Source: Perna viridis (Eukaryota). From it: DNA of 64,000 nt. The notes beneath the pieces are model-generated. The model did no database searches. It had not been told where the DNA came from and saw only the letters and a list, made by a program, of their open reading frames with translations. A program made the position numbers and the translations under genes. This document shows positions 15,282 through 28,362 of this stretch, piece by piece (the stretch's first letter is position 1; each line of letters starts with the position of its first letter). Where the stretch lies: the NCBI GenBank assembly GCA_037379345.1, contig CM074518.1, forward strand, positions 18,848,001 to 18,912,000, in the 5' to 3' direction.

Positions 15282-15852
15282 GTGATTATATTTTTGATAT
15301 TATGATTGAATGAAAAATCAGTATTGTAAATGTCAATGACAAATACGTTAATGTGAGTAGATAAGAGGATTTAGGGAGGTCTTTAACACTTATATTGGTA
15401 TTTAAATGATTATCTCCTGTATGCATTGGTGAAGGTTAAAAGTAAATTAAATTTGACCAGTTCATTAAATACTTGTTAGCAATGCTTATAAGGATTGTCA
15501 TTTTGTTTGCATTTTGTTATGAACTTAAAGTGCATTTTCCTCCTTAGCAGATTAAAAAAATGTACATATAGTGATTGGACCAGCAGAATATTCAACAGGA
15601 ATGTTAACCAAGAATATTTATTGATCCTTTTGAATGGTAAAATTTTACCTGATACAAATTAAGTTTATAATAATTGAAACCTTGGAAAGAAAATTCATAC
15701 CCATTTGTCCTTCTCATCATGTTTTTGAGAGAATTATACAACATTGTCATGTTACCTTTTCAATGGAATGAGAATATTAATTTTCCTATTCAAGTTAGTG
15801 TGGTATATATCAACAGTATTTATTTTAAAAAAAATGTGAACCGTCATTGCAG

Positions 15853-16498
15853 AATCACCAAGAGATAACAGAATGAGTCATCTTTTAGTCTCTGATATAC
15901 AAGACTCTGACCTTGAGGACAGTAACCTTGATTTCAAGAAACAAATTACCCCTATCAAACATGAGGACCTGGAGCGAACTATACTGAATGAAGCACAACA
16001 AGATTTTAGGTCTTTCCCATACTCCAGCAGTATCCAGCTACCTAACACTGCATCTCTGATTCCGCCAGAAATAGCTGGTGGTTTTGATACAAGCAAGAAA
16101 CATAGGGAACAGGCAAAAGTTTCACCCTACATGGTGAGCATTCCAAAACAGGAGACTCTCCCATCATCATCTTCAATGTCCAGTTTTGACAGATTTCGAG
16201 GTGTGAGGAGTCCGAAGCCCGAGGTTAAACTGCCTCCATTGGAACTTGACATGCCACATACAACTACACATGGAAAGATGGCGTATGTGTCTCCTACAGT
16301 GAGGTCTGCTCCCAATCCTCAAATCAAGTTATCAGCACCCAATACAATATACAGTAGTTCGTTGTTTGGACAGAAACACAAGCCAAGTAATTTGAACTTT
16401 GCATCTGGAGGAACAAGTCAGCTATCACCAGTTCAAGCTGGCATAGCCTTTGGACAACCAGTTATTCTTAATGCTGGACCACAGTTAGAGGTTCATAG
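15853..16498 (+). CDS. HIPK: HIPK coding exon (low-complexity S/P-rich region)
   Basis: Acceptor TCATTGCAG puts ATG 15873 in frame. The 646-nt exon has no stop codon; donor AG|GTAAGA. Confidence 0.88.
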
Positions 16499-16589
16499 GT
16501 AAGACTTATGTAACTAAACTTAATAGATCTAATTAGATAGTGGTGTGTTATCTTATAATATAACGAGGATAGTTATGGTGTAATTGTCA

Positions 16590-16880
16590 TAGAGACAACA
16601 ACCCCACCGGGATGAAAATGTCAGCCATAGGCCACCCATTGGTCTTCAATCAACGATGAGGAAATCCTCACACCACGGCAGGCTTGCAGCTGGCTCCAAA
16701 ACATCATTATACACAGGTACATTGAAAGAGTTGCTCCTATATATTCAAGTAACAAAAAGTTAACTAAAGGTGAAAATGAAATAACATACAGAGGCAAGAA
16801 ATTCCTGACTTGGGATAGGCCCAAAAATGCGGCTAGGTTAAAGTACTTTGGCATGATTACAACTCTCCTCTTTAAAAACT
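16590..16880 (-). mobile_element. Interspersed repeat fragment, same family as 61640-61900
   Basis: Shares AGAGACAACAACCCC and AACTAAAGGTGAAAATGAAATAA...AAATTCCTGACTTGGGA...GGTTAAAGTACTTTGGCATGAT with the 61.7-kb copy. Confidence 0.75.
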
Positions 16881-17296
16881 GTACTTCTTTAATATTCATA
16901 TGTAATCAGTCCGTCAATATTTTGTACACAAAGTGCTTTTGTGTTATTTAAAGCCTAATTGGGAAGCAATATTAGACAAGAAAACTTGTTGTGGTTACTA
17001 TATGAGTTTGTCTGACCATATCCAAATTATGTGCTAATACATAAAAATGAATAAATGATTTTCTACTTGACAATTTTAATGTGATAATCCATAATGTCTA
17101 CTCATGAGGGGTTGTTAAAACGTTTAAGTACAAAGGGAATTTTGTTCTGAACAATATGTTGCATTTTTTAAAACTTTCACAGAAATAGGTACATTTTATT
17201 CATGATATTGGTATTTGTAACACATGGTCAGGGACTTCTAGACATGGCTTGTATAAAATAATATATCCTGTTATCTATCCTGATTTTTATTTTCAG

Positions 17297-17654
17297 GGAT
17301 TACAGAAGACAGCCAGCTTTACAAGGGAGTCCAATTCATCATTATTTGTTACCAGCACACCAACAGCCACAAGTGGCTATCCCGGCAGGAATGGGCCAAT
17401 ATGCCCCATTTTCCCCTACAGTTGCTCCACCCCCAGCTCACCAGAGTCCAAGACATGTACAGTACACAACCCATCCACTGCCTGCACATGTTCACCCTGT
17501 ACTGCAGAGTTCCACATTACCAGCTGTACAGTATCAGCCGCAACTTGCATCTCAGTATGGTGGTCTGGGAAGCCTAAACCCAACATCGGCAGGACTATAC
17601 GCTACATATCCTCTCAGCCCAAACAAGGGCCGACCTTTTCAGTATTTTGCATGA
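17297..17654 (+). CDS. HIPK: HIPK last coding exon (Tyr/His-rich C-terminus)
   Basis: Acceptor TTTTATTTTCAG. Encodes (R)DYRRQPALQGSP...YATYPLSPNKGRPFQYFA-TGA, resembling the vertebrate HIPK 'YRRQ' and 'YPLSP.K' C-terminal motifs. Confidence 0.93.
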
Positions 17655-20600
17655 TGTGAATTTTTGTCATAAAAACTTTTTTGTAGTTTCTCATTGGTGC
17701 TAAGTGGCAACTCTATCATTCCTTAGGGCGGCACAGAGTGCTTGGATTTTTTTTTATTTAATCTGATGCTTTTATATGGTTAATTATTCAATAGTGTGAT
17801 GTGTTTATTTGTTAATGTTGTAAATTTTAAAGGAAATTCCAAGTGAATATTTTATAGATGTGGCCCTAACCACTGGTTGTAAGTAGTTATATTAGATAGA
17901 ATACCTTAAGAATTGTTTTCCTTGCCATTTTATTGACCCTTATTCTTCCATTAGTTGCTGTTGGGAAATTTTTCTTATAAAAATTGTCAGTATTTATCAA
18001 AGAAACATGTATATCATTTTCAATTTCCTGCTCACTCATTTTTGAATGATTTTATCAGTATTGCTTGGTAGAATTTTATTACTTCACAAGTCACACATTC
18101 TTCAGAATTGATCAATTAAATGCTTTTTAATTAAATATTAAATAGTTAATTAGTCACATGATGACTCATCAATAGTTTCAGTGGATAACATGATTTCATT
18201 AAGATCATTTTAGATGACAAATTAGATATATAGGTGTGGTAGCTTACAACCAGTGTGCTAATCTGTAGTGCACCAAATTATCCATAGTGTTTTAGTTTTA
18301 CGTGTGAAATTTTTGGTGTTTTAGTCTGGAACATTTTAATGAAGTTTTTATCATGACACTCACACTTTGTTATTATTGAAGCATTTTTATTGTGCTGTTG
18401 CTTGTTTCCTCAGTGTTGCATTTAATGTATTTAGACTTATTCTGTTGAGTTTGTTTTCTTGTTTACGTTCCTAGATGGATATTTTAACTGATTATAACCT
18501 GACAACTATGTTCTGTTGTCTTAATGTGTCATCTCATAAGGGAGATAACTTCTTATTGCTGTGGACATTTGAACTGAACAAGTCTTAGATTAGATATATA
18601 CATGTTGCAGATGTTTACTTGAAATGACTTCTAGATATATGACATGTATTGGGCTATAAGATTAAATGATAATACAATTAATTGTTATGAAAATTGATTC
18701 TTTATTTTCTGGGCACATCCGTTAATGGGGTTCCACGCCTTGTGTATTAGGAATTTGATTAAATTGAGTTAAAGAAGATTGTAATTTTAAGCAGGTGCTA
18801 GGGATTGACGTATTGAATTATCAAAGGCTTGCTCACCAATGGAAGTGCCTTCAATTATTTAGTCTCCATACTTTTTGTAAGAACATCTGTCATATTTCGA
18901 TACTTTTTGTAGGCTATGGAGACACGAGAGTCTGGCTAAGATTTTATGATATGATACTGCTGTTAGAATATATGTAGGGGTGTTAAATTGATGTAGTCAA
19001 GTGTAGAAAATCAACAGTTGATGACTTCATGTTAGAAATAGTAGATATCAAGATACTGAATAGAGAAATTTATGGTAGAAGTAAATGACATTATGTTTTG
19101 TTTAAAAATTAAGTGACTGAATTCCACAGCAATATGATAACTGTTTTTGTAAGTAGTTGATTTAATTTTCTCGTGTCAGCCCTTGGGCATCTTTTTATCT
19201 GTGATTTTTGCCAAAGATCCTGTTGCCAGGGCTTGAATTTGTCAAAACAACATATTTTCTATTGAAAAGATGAAGAAAGAATATTTTTCTATAGAATGAA
19301 ATTGTAAAGTTTGAATGCAAACTAGGATTGAGATGTAAATAGATTTTTATTATTCATGTACATACAGAAATAGTTAAGATTTGGTGCACTTATTTAATCA
19401 GAACGATAAGGTTACAAATTTGTACATGTTGTGTGTGTAATTATAGATGTAATCATGTATAGAGTGTTTTATATGGTGCCATTTATTCCCCATTTAATTG
19501 TATAGCAAGAGTTGCATAAATCTATATATATTTTTGTTAGATATAAAACTCATCAGTAGAATCCTTTTCATTGTACTATAGCTGTTTGCAGCAATAGTCA
19601 AGTCATATAAGCTGTATTTTAGTCACATGTCTCCTTGTACATAACTCATATTAATTGTATATTTATAGTGTGTAAAGAAGAAATATTTTGTAATGATCGA
19701 TGTATTTTAATTGTGTGTAGTTACCTTAGAATAACATCCAATAGAAGATTTGTTGTTTTATGCACCAAGTATTGTGATACTCAAGAAATTCATTGTAACA
19801 TCACAAATTGTTTGTGTCAGCAGAGCTACTATACTATATAGGTATTAATTCCAGTTGCTAACCCTCATGATTTTGTCATGTATTAAGAGTAACTCATGTT
19901 TAAGAAAAAGCTTTGACTTTTAAGATAATATGGTAATGTAATCCTGACAGTAAAATAAGTCATAGATCTTAAAGGTTGAAAAGTTTTGCAGGAATTTATT
20001 ATAATTTGAAAAAAAAAGTAAATGGCAATTAAAAATCTTAACTAAATAACAATCAAATTTCTTTTTAAGAAAACTAAGCATATGTGTACTGACCATCCTT
20101 GTAAATAATATATATAGAGATATATGTCTTTCAAGAAGGAACATGCTATAAAATTTATAAAAATAATGTATATTTTCCATCTGGATATGGCAGAAACTGT
20201 ATTTAGCTATCCTATATGCAAGTTGTAGTCGGCCTGCATGGCATTCTTCATGATCATCCTTCATACTTCACCATCACATGTTGCCAGTATTTATATAGTG
20301 TCTTTCAAATCATTAACGTTGTATATTTTAATCTTCATAAGACTAAATAAAAGCAAGATTCTTTAAGACAGAGAATGGCCATCAGAAATCAAAGGCTTTT
20401 TTTTTAAATCACCATCAGATTTTTTTTTATTGTGAAGAAATGAAAAAAAAATTTATAGTAAATTAATTTACTAAATTGTTATTTTAAATGATAAATTGAA
20501 GTGGTGGTTCAATCTAACGTGGTTTCCCCAACATCTCAACATTATGACATCAAAACAAGACTTATGATTGTCACATCAGCTAAAAATGTCATTTATTTAG

Positions 20601-23600
20601 AGAAATGAAATAAACTGAGAATGGATGGCCATATAATTCAGTGCCCAAACATGCTGATGTAAAGAATTCTTGCTTTATCAGGTTAGCTGTATCCATTTCA
20701 TCATGTGTCCATGCCTTGTATATTTAGCATTAAATGTAGATTAAGCTGGTGCACTTGTTACCTTTTATATTGTTATAGTCAGGTTTAAAACTTTCTGTTT
20801 AATTGTAATTAATAGTCAACTGGTGCTAAGACTACATATCATTGTCTTTTAAGGAAAATCATAACTGCTTTTTAAAAGGAATTTGTTTTTTTCTCATTTT
20901 CACTAGAGCTTATCAGTCATTGTAGTTCTAGATTGATGTGTCATTATATTGTGTAGCTTTATAACAAGATACCAAGGGCCTAACTGGGAAAGATCAGTAT
21001 GTTTATCTATTTTTGTCCTTTAAGAAAATTTAAGTTCAGTTTCTATTTCATCTGCAGTCTTTGTTTAATGTATACAGAATATTTATAGGCAGTCACTTTA
21101 TTTGAAACATTAGATCTCAATAATTGACATGGTTTATATGAAATAACAAATTTTTGAACAGAAAGTTTTAAACTATTTTAGTTTTTAATCTATTTAATCT
21201 TAGCACATATTTAATATTAATAGTTCAGTGGTATTTATTCCAGTTTTATTTCATGTGTTTGTGAATTTCTAAAATTCATAATATTTTTGTGTGTGGTGAA
21301 CGGTTTCTTGTGCATGTAGTTAAATAGTTTTTTTTGGTGTTTTCTTGGAAATCATAAGCAGTTATGAATTTGGCAATAGGTGTTTTGGGTTATGATGTTT
21401 ATATTCAGACCATTAGTGTTTGCTTAAGCAGTAGATTTATTACTCAGGGTAGTTTTGTAGAATTGTGGAGGATGACTTCAGAAAGGTGGCCTAAGATAAG
21501 TTGTAAGTTGAATGTGTTTGGAGATAGTTATTTGGAAATTGTTGTTCAGCATTTTTGGTTTTTTTTTTTTAAATTTCTATTTGTAATAAAATGTTAAATC
21601 CTTGGTGAAAATATTTTGATAAGTGCTTGCTCATGATATAATCAAAATTTGTCCATGCATTTTGCTTTTCATTTTGTGTAGAGGATTTTTTTTATTTGTC
21701 CCCCCTTTTTCATTAGTTACCCTTGTTTTACTTTGAGGTAGGATGGAGATAGTTATACAGGTTAGGATGTTTTACTTTGAGGTAAGGTGGAGATAATTAT
21801 AGAGGATGTAAGAATCAATTTCTGTGCCTTTTGCTGCCACTTTGTATTGGACTTGTATTTAATCTAGATTTTAAGTATCTTTCATATCATCTGGAGATGT
21901 TCAGTCTCTTCTTAGCTGTCTCAGATATTGAATTTCACGTAGCCAGACTCACACTAAGCAATGGATTGAAAATGACAGAGGATTATACATTGGAACAAAC
22001 TTATTGTACAATGGTCTTTAATGTGGAAGTTGAGATTATATAGAAAGTATTAGAGTTATATATTTGATTATTTTAGATTTTTGCACTTAGTCAATGTAAT
22101 CAAGTTTATATAGTTTTAGCACACTCTTGTATTAGATATTCCTCAGTTTATGTTGTATAGTACACCAATATACAAGTTAGATTTGTTTAGTTAATAATAA
22201 TATCTCATCATATATCTTGAACAGGTGTTGCGGTAGTTTATTATAGATACAACAAAATTGATTTTATGACTTAGTCTCAAAAAGTATATAATGTTCATGC
22301 ATACAAATGTTTTATAAAGTTTTACTGGAAAACAAATTAGGAGAAGGGGTATTAAATGGTCTTTTAACTATGGAAGAAAATAGCTTAGGTTGTTCATAGT
22401 ACTACATGTACATGCAATACAAAAACTAATGATTCTCTTTACTTTAATGTGTATATTTATGATATACTAGCGTAATTAGTAAACTTTGAATCTTAATAAA
22501 TCTTATATGGAATAGGCGGGTGGAAAGTAGATAAATTGAGGGTCCAATCTGTTCATGAACTTGATGAGAAATTATTAGTAACTTTTAGCCTTGATTTATT
22601 ATGCAGTGTTGATGGCATTTTAACAATTTTATTGGAATGAAGTTTTGTGTTCAGTTAACCTATTAGTTGTTTTATTTTTAACATATTTTGGTACCCATTA
22701 AAGCTTGTAGATTTCATGTGAGCATGTGTGATATTTTTGTGTGTGTTATTTAGCTTTTGTTATTCTGAGAACGATCTCATTACTAAACATTGTATAGGCT
22801 TTTGTCATTTTAGATATTATCATTTATAAGTAGAATTGAGTCGGTAGTTGGGTTGGTCAGTTATTAGAATGTCACATTGTTAAGTTCCAATTTTTTATTT
22901 ATTTAGGGTGTTTATAGTGAAATGTTGGAGCAACTACTGTAGAAATTTTTTTTAATGTACATGTGAAAGCTGCATGTCATTTTGTCTTATTTTGAGGCTT
23001 TATCAAAGTAAAACTAATTTGATCAAAAGGCAAATATTAAAGTTATTTTTTTAGATGTTCTTTGGTCTCCAAAATGACCCATTATTTTATCAATGTCTTA
23101 TTTATAGGATTGAAGTAAGAAAGATAACTCTGTGAAGCTTTGTGTTTTCCAGTAACTGACCAGGTTAATCACTGTCCTGTTAGATATGTATCCATTATAT
23201 TCCTCAGAATATTCACAATAGGACTACATTGTTTGATGAGGCACACTCTGGATGTCTTTCAAAATGGCTTTTTAACATTCCATGTCTAGTGCTTTTTGTA
23301 TTCTGCACATTTTTATTCACTTAAAAGACCTCTTAGTCCCCTTGAGTGATTTGAATAACTTAGGGTATTTGTAATATAGTTGGGAGGGAGTGGTGTACAT
23401 AAAAATGAAATATTCATATTGAGATTGGGAAATACAGGAAATTATGAACTGGATTTATTATTTTCATTTAGATAAAACATAAACTGATAGAAAAAATGAT
23501 AGGGAACATATAGTAATTGTAGTATGAAATCCTGAGGAAATATTTAATGTTCTTTCTTGCAAATGATAAGAATTTTAAGCAGATGAGGTAATAAGGAATC

Positions 23601-24920
23601 ATTTGTATTTGAGGGGTTCAGATTGAGAGTGTTTAGTATTCAGTTGTAGTGTGAACCCCTGCCAATAAAGGCAGCTAAGTTTGTTGTTGTATTCAAGTTG
23701 TTTAACTGTTATGTATACTCAAGAATTGAGAAAATCAAAACTTTTCATTATAAATAAAGCAACTAAAAAAAATTAGTTAAATTTTTCAGATTGTAATATT
23801 GTTTGTGATTGCATGTTTTGAAATTTCTCTTAAACTTATCTTGATAAAGTTCAACATTCTTGTGACATTTACAGTGTTTTGGCCATCTTTTTTCTTTTTA
23901 GTATCGTCAATGATTTTAAGAGACATTAACATAATTCTAAACAGTTCACTGCCATACTTATTTTTCATTGAGGCATTATCATAATAGTGAAGCATTTTAT
24001 GTATTTCATGGATTTGAAACCCAGAGTGTAGCCAATGATGGGAGCACATTTTATCATTATTTTAATCTTATATTAATATTTTTAATGGATTTTATTGGTA
24101 ATAATCGTCTAGTCAGTTGTTTGATCGGTTTCACGCTACTTACTCCCTTATATCATGTGATTCGCCATAATCGTAATTGTAGTCATTTCCCTGCGGGTTT
24201 GTAGTTTTGATTGTCTCGTTACCCTCATTTTGTGATCAGCATTATATTTAGAAGTGCTTGTGAAATGATCCCACACAAGAGCATTTTTGAGTGGTATAAG
24301 TCTAAATTATTCTGTATTTTTAGCAAAAAGTTTTAAGAATTGTTCTTGCTTTAAAATTTTTGGGGAATGACATTGCGTATTAAGAACACTGCTGGTGAAA
24401 AATTAAAATGGATTCTTAACTTATAAAAACATGTTTTAAGTACGAATTTTAATACATTGCAAGTACAATATAGTTGATAAGGGGGTATTGTGATAGTAAT
24501 ATAAATAAAACTCTGCACCTTGAAGATTGAAAAAAGGATTTTAATTTGCATTTTCTTTTTGAGTTAGTCTAGTACTGTTATGTAAAATTTTTGAGAACCA
24601 TAGAATTTCCCACTAGTAGAGTATAAATTTGGTCTTAGGTTGGTATTTTGCTTTTAACTCTCTAAGTTGTATTTGTATTATGAGTTTTCTTTCCAATAGA
24701 CGGTATATAAACTTTACAGATATATAAGTACCTAATTAGTGTGTACTCTGTCATTTATTCATTGTGTATTAATCGTGTGCAATATTTTCGACAAAGCGTA
24801 GTAATCACGTCGGTATGGGTTGCTAATACCAGCTTGTTTCCTTTGATATATCAAACTGTAGTAATTACTCACATTTTTGGGATCAATAGGAAATAAAATT
24901 TGTTTTCACTTGACTTCTGT
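17655..24920 (+). other. Probable very long HIPK 3'UTR
   Basis: Continuous T/G-skewed sequence with no repeat element I could recognise. It ends at AATAAA 24892-24897 followed by a GT/T-rich downstream element, after which the skew changes. Confidence 0.6.
24892..24897 (+). terminator. Candidate distal polyadenylation signal of HIPK
   Basis: AATAAA followed by TTCTGTTTTGTTTATTTTAATGTTTTTTTT (GU/U-rich element) at ~24915-24950. Confidence 0.55.
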
Positions 24921-27019
24921 TTTGTTTATTTTAATGTTTTTTTTTTCTGTGAAAAAGTGGGTGGTGAGAATGCCATGATAGAAGTAATCATCTGTCATCA
25001 ACATAAAAACACGAAGAAGAGATCTTTTCAAAGTAAAAACAGAAAAGAAGCTAGTCAACATTAAATGACTCAAGCTTTGCTCAAAATACATTTTCGGTTA
25101 AAAAATGAAAGACAGACTTGGAAAAATAACTGCATCTGATCTTGTCACTTTCCAGTATTGTAACAATTGGTTACAGAAGTGTTATGATAGTTGGTATTAC
25201 ATGTTGGAGGTGGTAGTACCCAGCCAATATGGCCCCTGTTTATATAAGTAGAATAATGGGGTTGTACATCAAGATCAAACAATTTTACCAGTCAACAGAA
25301 GAAAAAGACATGGAAATGAAGGTGGTCAAATCTATCATGAAGCTAATTATGAACAGTGGTACATGTATTAGGCTGAAGCATGGATATTGACAAAAATTCT
25401 ATGATCTTGGTATCCTTGGAAGTCTACATTTGACTCCAGCCCTTACCCTGTTTACTGGTTTATACACCACCAAGACTTCCAATGGAGACTAACACCACAT
25501 TATTTTAGTTTCTCTGTAAGTTACAGAGATATAGATCTTCTAGGAGTAGAGGTGGGAAAACAGGGATGTCTAAACTTCACATTTCATAACAAGTTTTAGA
25601 AGTTATATTTAGAATTGGCTTTAGTACATTAAACACTAAAAATCCTTTGTATCCAATGAAAATTATGTTATTTATCCACTGTATTTTAATTATATCTGAT
25701 GACCCGGTAGACAAGACTTACAATGATATTACCTAAGTTCAATGGGTTTTGGTACTACATAGAAGGTTGATATTTTGACCTGGAAGAGGTTAAATGAGAC
25801 AGTGAAGCAACATTAATAGCTACAGTATTGACCCCCCCTACTTTTCCTCAAATTATAACCATAAGTGCTATTTATGTACAGTCATCTACAAATGTCAGTT
25901 CAGAATTACTTAACTTGCGTAATAATATTGTTTGAAGAAAAACCTAGACTTCAAGTAATTGGTCAGAAGTTTCAATTGAAATCAATTAAATGCTAATATC
26001 GCTGGGATATTAAAAAAAAGTCTCGAGCATGTCACATTTAAATACCATTCACACAAAACACTGTAGACTTGATATCTTGATCTTACAGGTGTTAATGGGA
26101 ATTTAATTTTGTGCTGACAAGAAATCTTTATAACAATTCAAGGTTAAGCCAATGCTCCTAACATTTGATAGAGTAGGCGGGTCCTAATTGAAAAATGTCA
26201 CTTTTATATTGGTCCTTTTCTCAGGGGCATATCCTGGCATTTATTTTCTCTTAAACAGCAATTATCTGCAAATCATTTCAAGTTAAGTAATAACTATAGC
26301 ATGTGTTGACACTATTTTAATAAAATTCAGATTAATCTTTAATTATTTCACCAATATGTCAAGAAATACTAAAAAATGTAATCAATACCAATTTAATAAA
26401 CACATGGCAGCCTGCACTGTAAAGTAAAATCTTGAACCTTCATTGAAAATGCTTCAAAGCTGCCATTTAATGAAACAGAAATCCTATAAGCAAGTAGGAC
26501 AAGTCCATTTACCATTTTGTAAGACTCCAATAACAGTTATCTTCCTTTATGCAAATGAAATCAGCCTGTTAATACTACATACTGGAAATACTTTGAGTAA
26601 TTTAATAAGAATGAACATATCGCTTCCTCTTCAAATCACTACTCAGTAAACCACAAAGTAGGATTATCTTCCTTTGTCAACATCTGATTAATAATACAAT
26701 AAAAACATTTTGCTTACCATCTAATATGTAGAAAAAAAAATCTTAAAATGGATTATCTCCTCTTTAAAAAAAGGTGTAATAAAAATCAGTTGAACAGATT
26801 ATATATAAGAACTATTTTGACTGTTTCAAAGTACAGACATGTTAATAAATGCTTGGGCATGGTGAAACCAAATTGGATTTTTATTTACCAGAAAAGCTAA
26901 GTACTGGTACAGTACCTGTTGGTAAGGGTATTCAGGATTTTTTTTAATACCCAGTATCAAATTTTCTGTGACTGGCATTTCAGGATGAGACATTTTTATC
27001 AATTGTACTTACCCTCCTT

Positions 27020-27230
27020 CGTACTAAACCAACATGCTGACGTGGCCTTTAATTATGCTAGCTCATGGAAGTAACACATTCAATGACAACAGACCAAGGA
27101 CATTTTATCTCATTTGTGCTGTGTGGTTGGCAGAGAATCAGTGACTACCAGATTTAAAGTCTGGTATGACTTTGTCAAGGATCAAACCTAGGATTTCCTT
27201 CACTAGTGACAAGCATACAACCATAAGACC
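27020..27230 (-). mobile_element. Degenerate tRNA-headed SINE (Meta-domain-like)
   Basis: The minus strand reads a decayed A box GGTCTTATGG, a decayed B box GGTTTGATCC, then GTCATACCAGACTTTAAATCTGGTAGT...TTCTCTGCCAACCACACAGCA. Confidence 0.45.
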
Positions 27231-28245
27231 CCCATAACGTTTCTTTTTACTGCAAAATACCTCTACCTTTTTTTATTACTTTGTAAATTCGGTAAGATGA
27301 TCTCCCATTTGACAATAGTTTACTACTTAATAAATGCCACCCAAAGTTGATATGGAAAATCAATTCTAATGACTTCTGAAATGAGGAATCTGTCTCCTTA
27401 TGTGGCTTAAAACACCCAAGGGAGCTGAAATCATTTGTTTATACAACCATTCATTTCCTTAGTCAACACGATTCTTAAAATGGTCACAATCAATGGGCTT
27501 CTTTATAACCATCATCATTTGGGAGTTTTTTTTTTTGTCATTCCTGTATAAATTCGTAATGACTTGGAAGAACTACCACTGACTCCAAATAAAAACATCA
27601 ATTAATGCTTATGTAAGTTTAAAACAACCATGCACAAAAACATTCTTGTATTTAATGCTCTGATCGGTGATAGCACTGTGGCAGAACTAGCAAGATTTAT
27701 TACTGTGAAAAACTGAATGATACACAGGAAAAATTGAAACATACATATTTATATGTTTTAAAAGATATGGGAACATGTTTAGGACCATTATGGAAAAATA
27801 AAGCATTTGTGCTTCTATACATGAAGTCATGTTTTTGAAAATAATATGAAAATCATATGCTTTGAAATCCTTTTTGATAATATATAAATACCATATGATT
27901 TTTATTTAATTATTTTACATGAATTGTTATAAGAAACCAGTGTTTTTTATGGTGATCCCAAACATATGAAAAACCTGTGTACTTAGAATTGTTAGATTTT
28001 TGTTCTGAATGATAGTAATTTCCTGTATTAGCTTTAACATCAATATTGGACTCTGAATAAAAGTTATAATATAAAAAAGAGGGTTTGTTTTGTTTGTGGT
28101 TTTCAATGAATCTTTTTTATTGTTTATAGGCCCTTGTTTGTTTGCCTTTAGTATTCAGAAGTTAAGATTTAATTTAAAATTTTTTGTAGGTATATGGACT
28201 TAATTTGAAGAAAACCAAACTAAACTACAGATCTACTATATTCCT

Positions 28246-28362
28246 TTTTCAGTATTCATTCTGTTATAATTGTGTTGCTACTGCAGTTCTATATTTAACT
28301 TTATTCATTTTTCAGTACTCATTCTGTTATAATTGTGTTGCCACTGCAGTTCTATATTTAAC
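28246..28362. repeat. Tandem duplication (~62-bp period)
   Basis: TTTTCAGTA(T/C)TCATTCTGTTATAATTGTGTTGC(T/C)ACTGCAGTTCTATATTTAAC occurs twice. Confidence 0.88.

Noticed and set aside
17652-17672. Stop-codon readthrough of HIPK
   Set aside because: The context is TGA-TGT, not TGA-CTA(G), and a TAA follows five codons later.
21724-21808. ~44-bp tandem duplication in the HIPK 3'UTR as a regulatory module
   Set aside because: It has only two diverged copies, which is consistent with ordinary slippage duplication.
27150-27230. tRNA gene
   Set aside because: Only decayed A/B boxes with no cloverleaf; better explained as an old SINE head.
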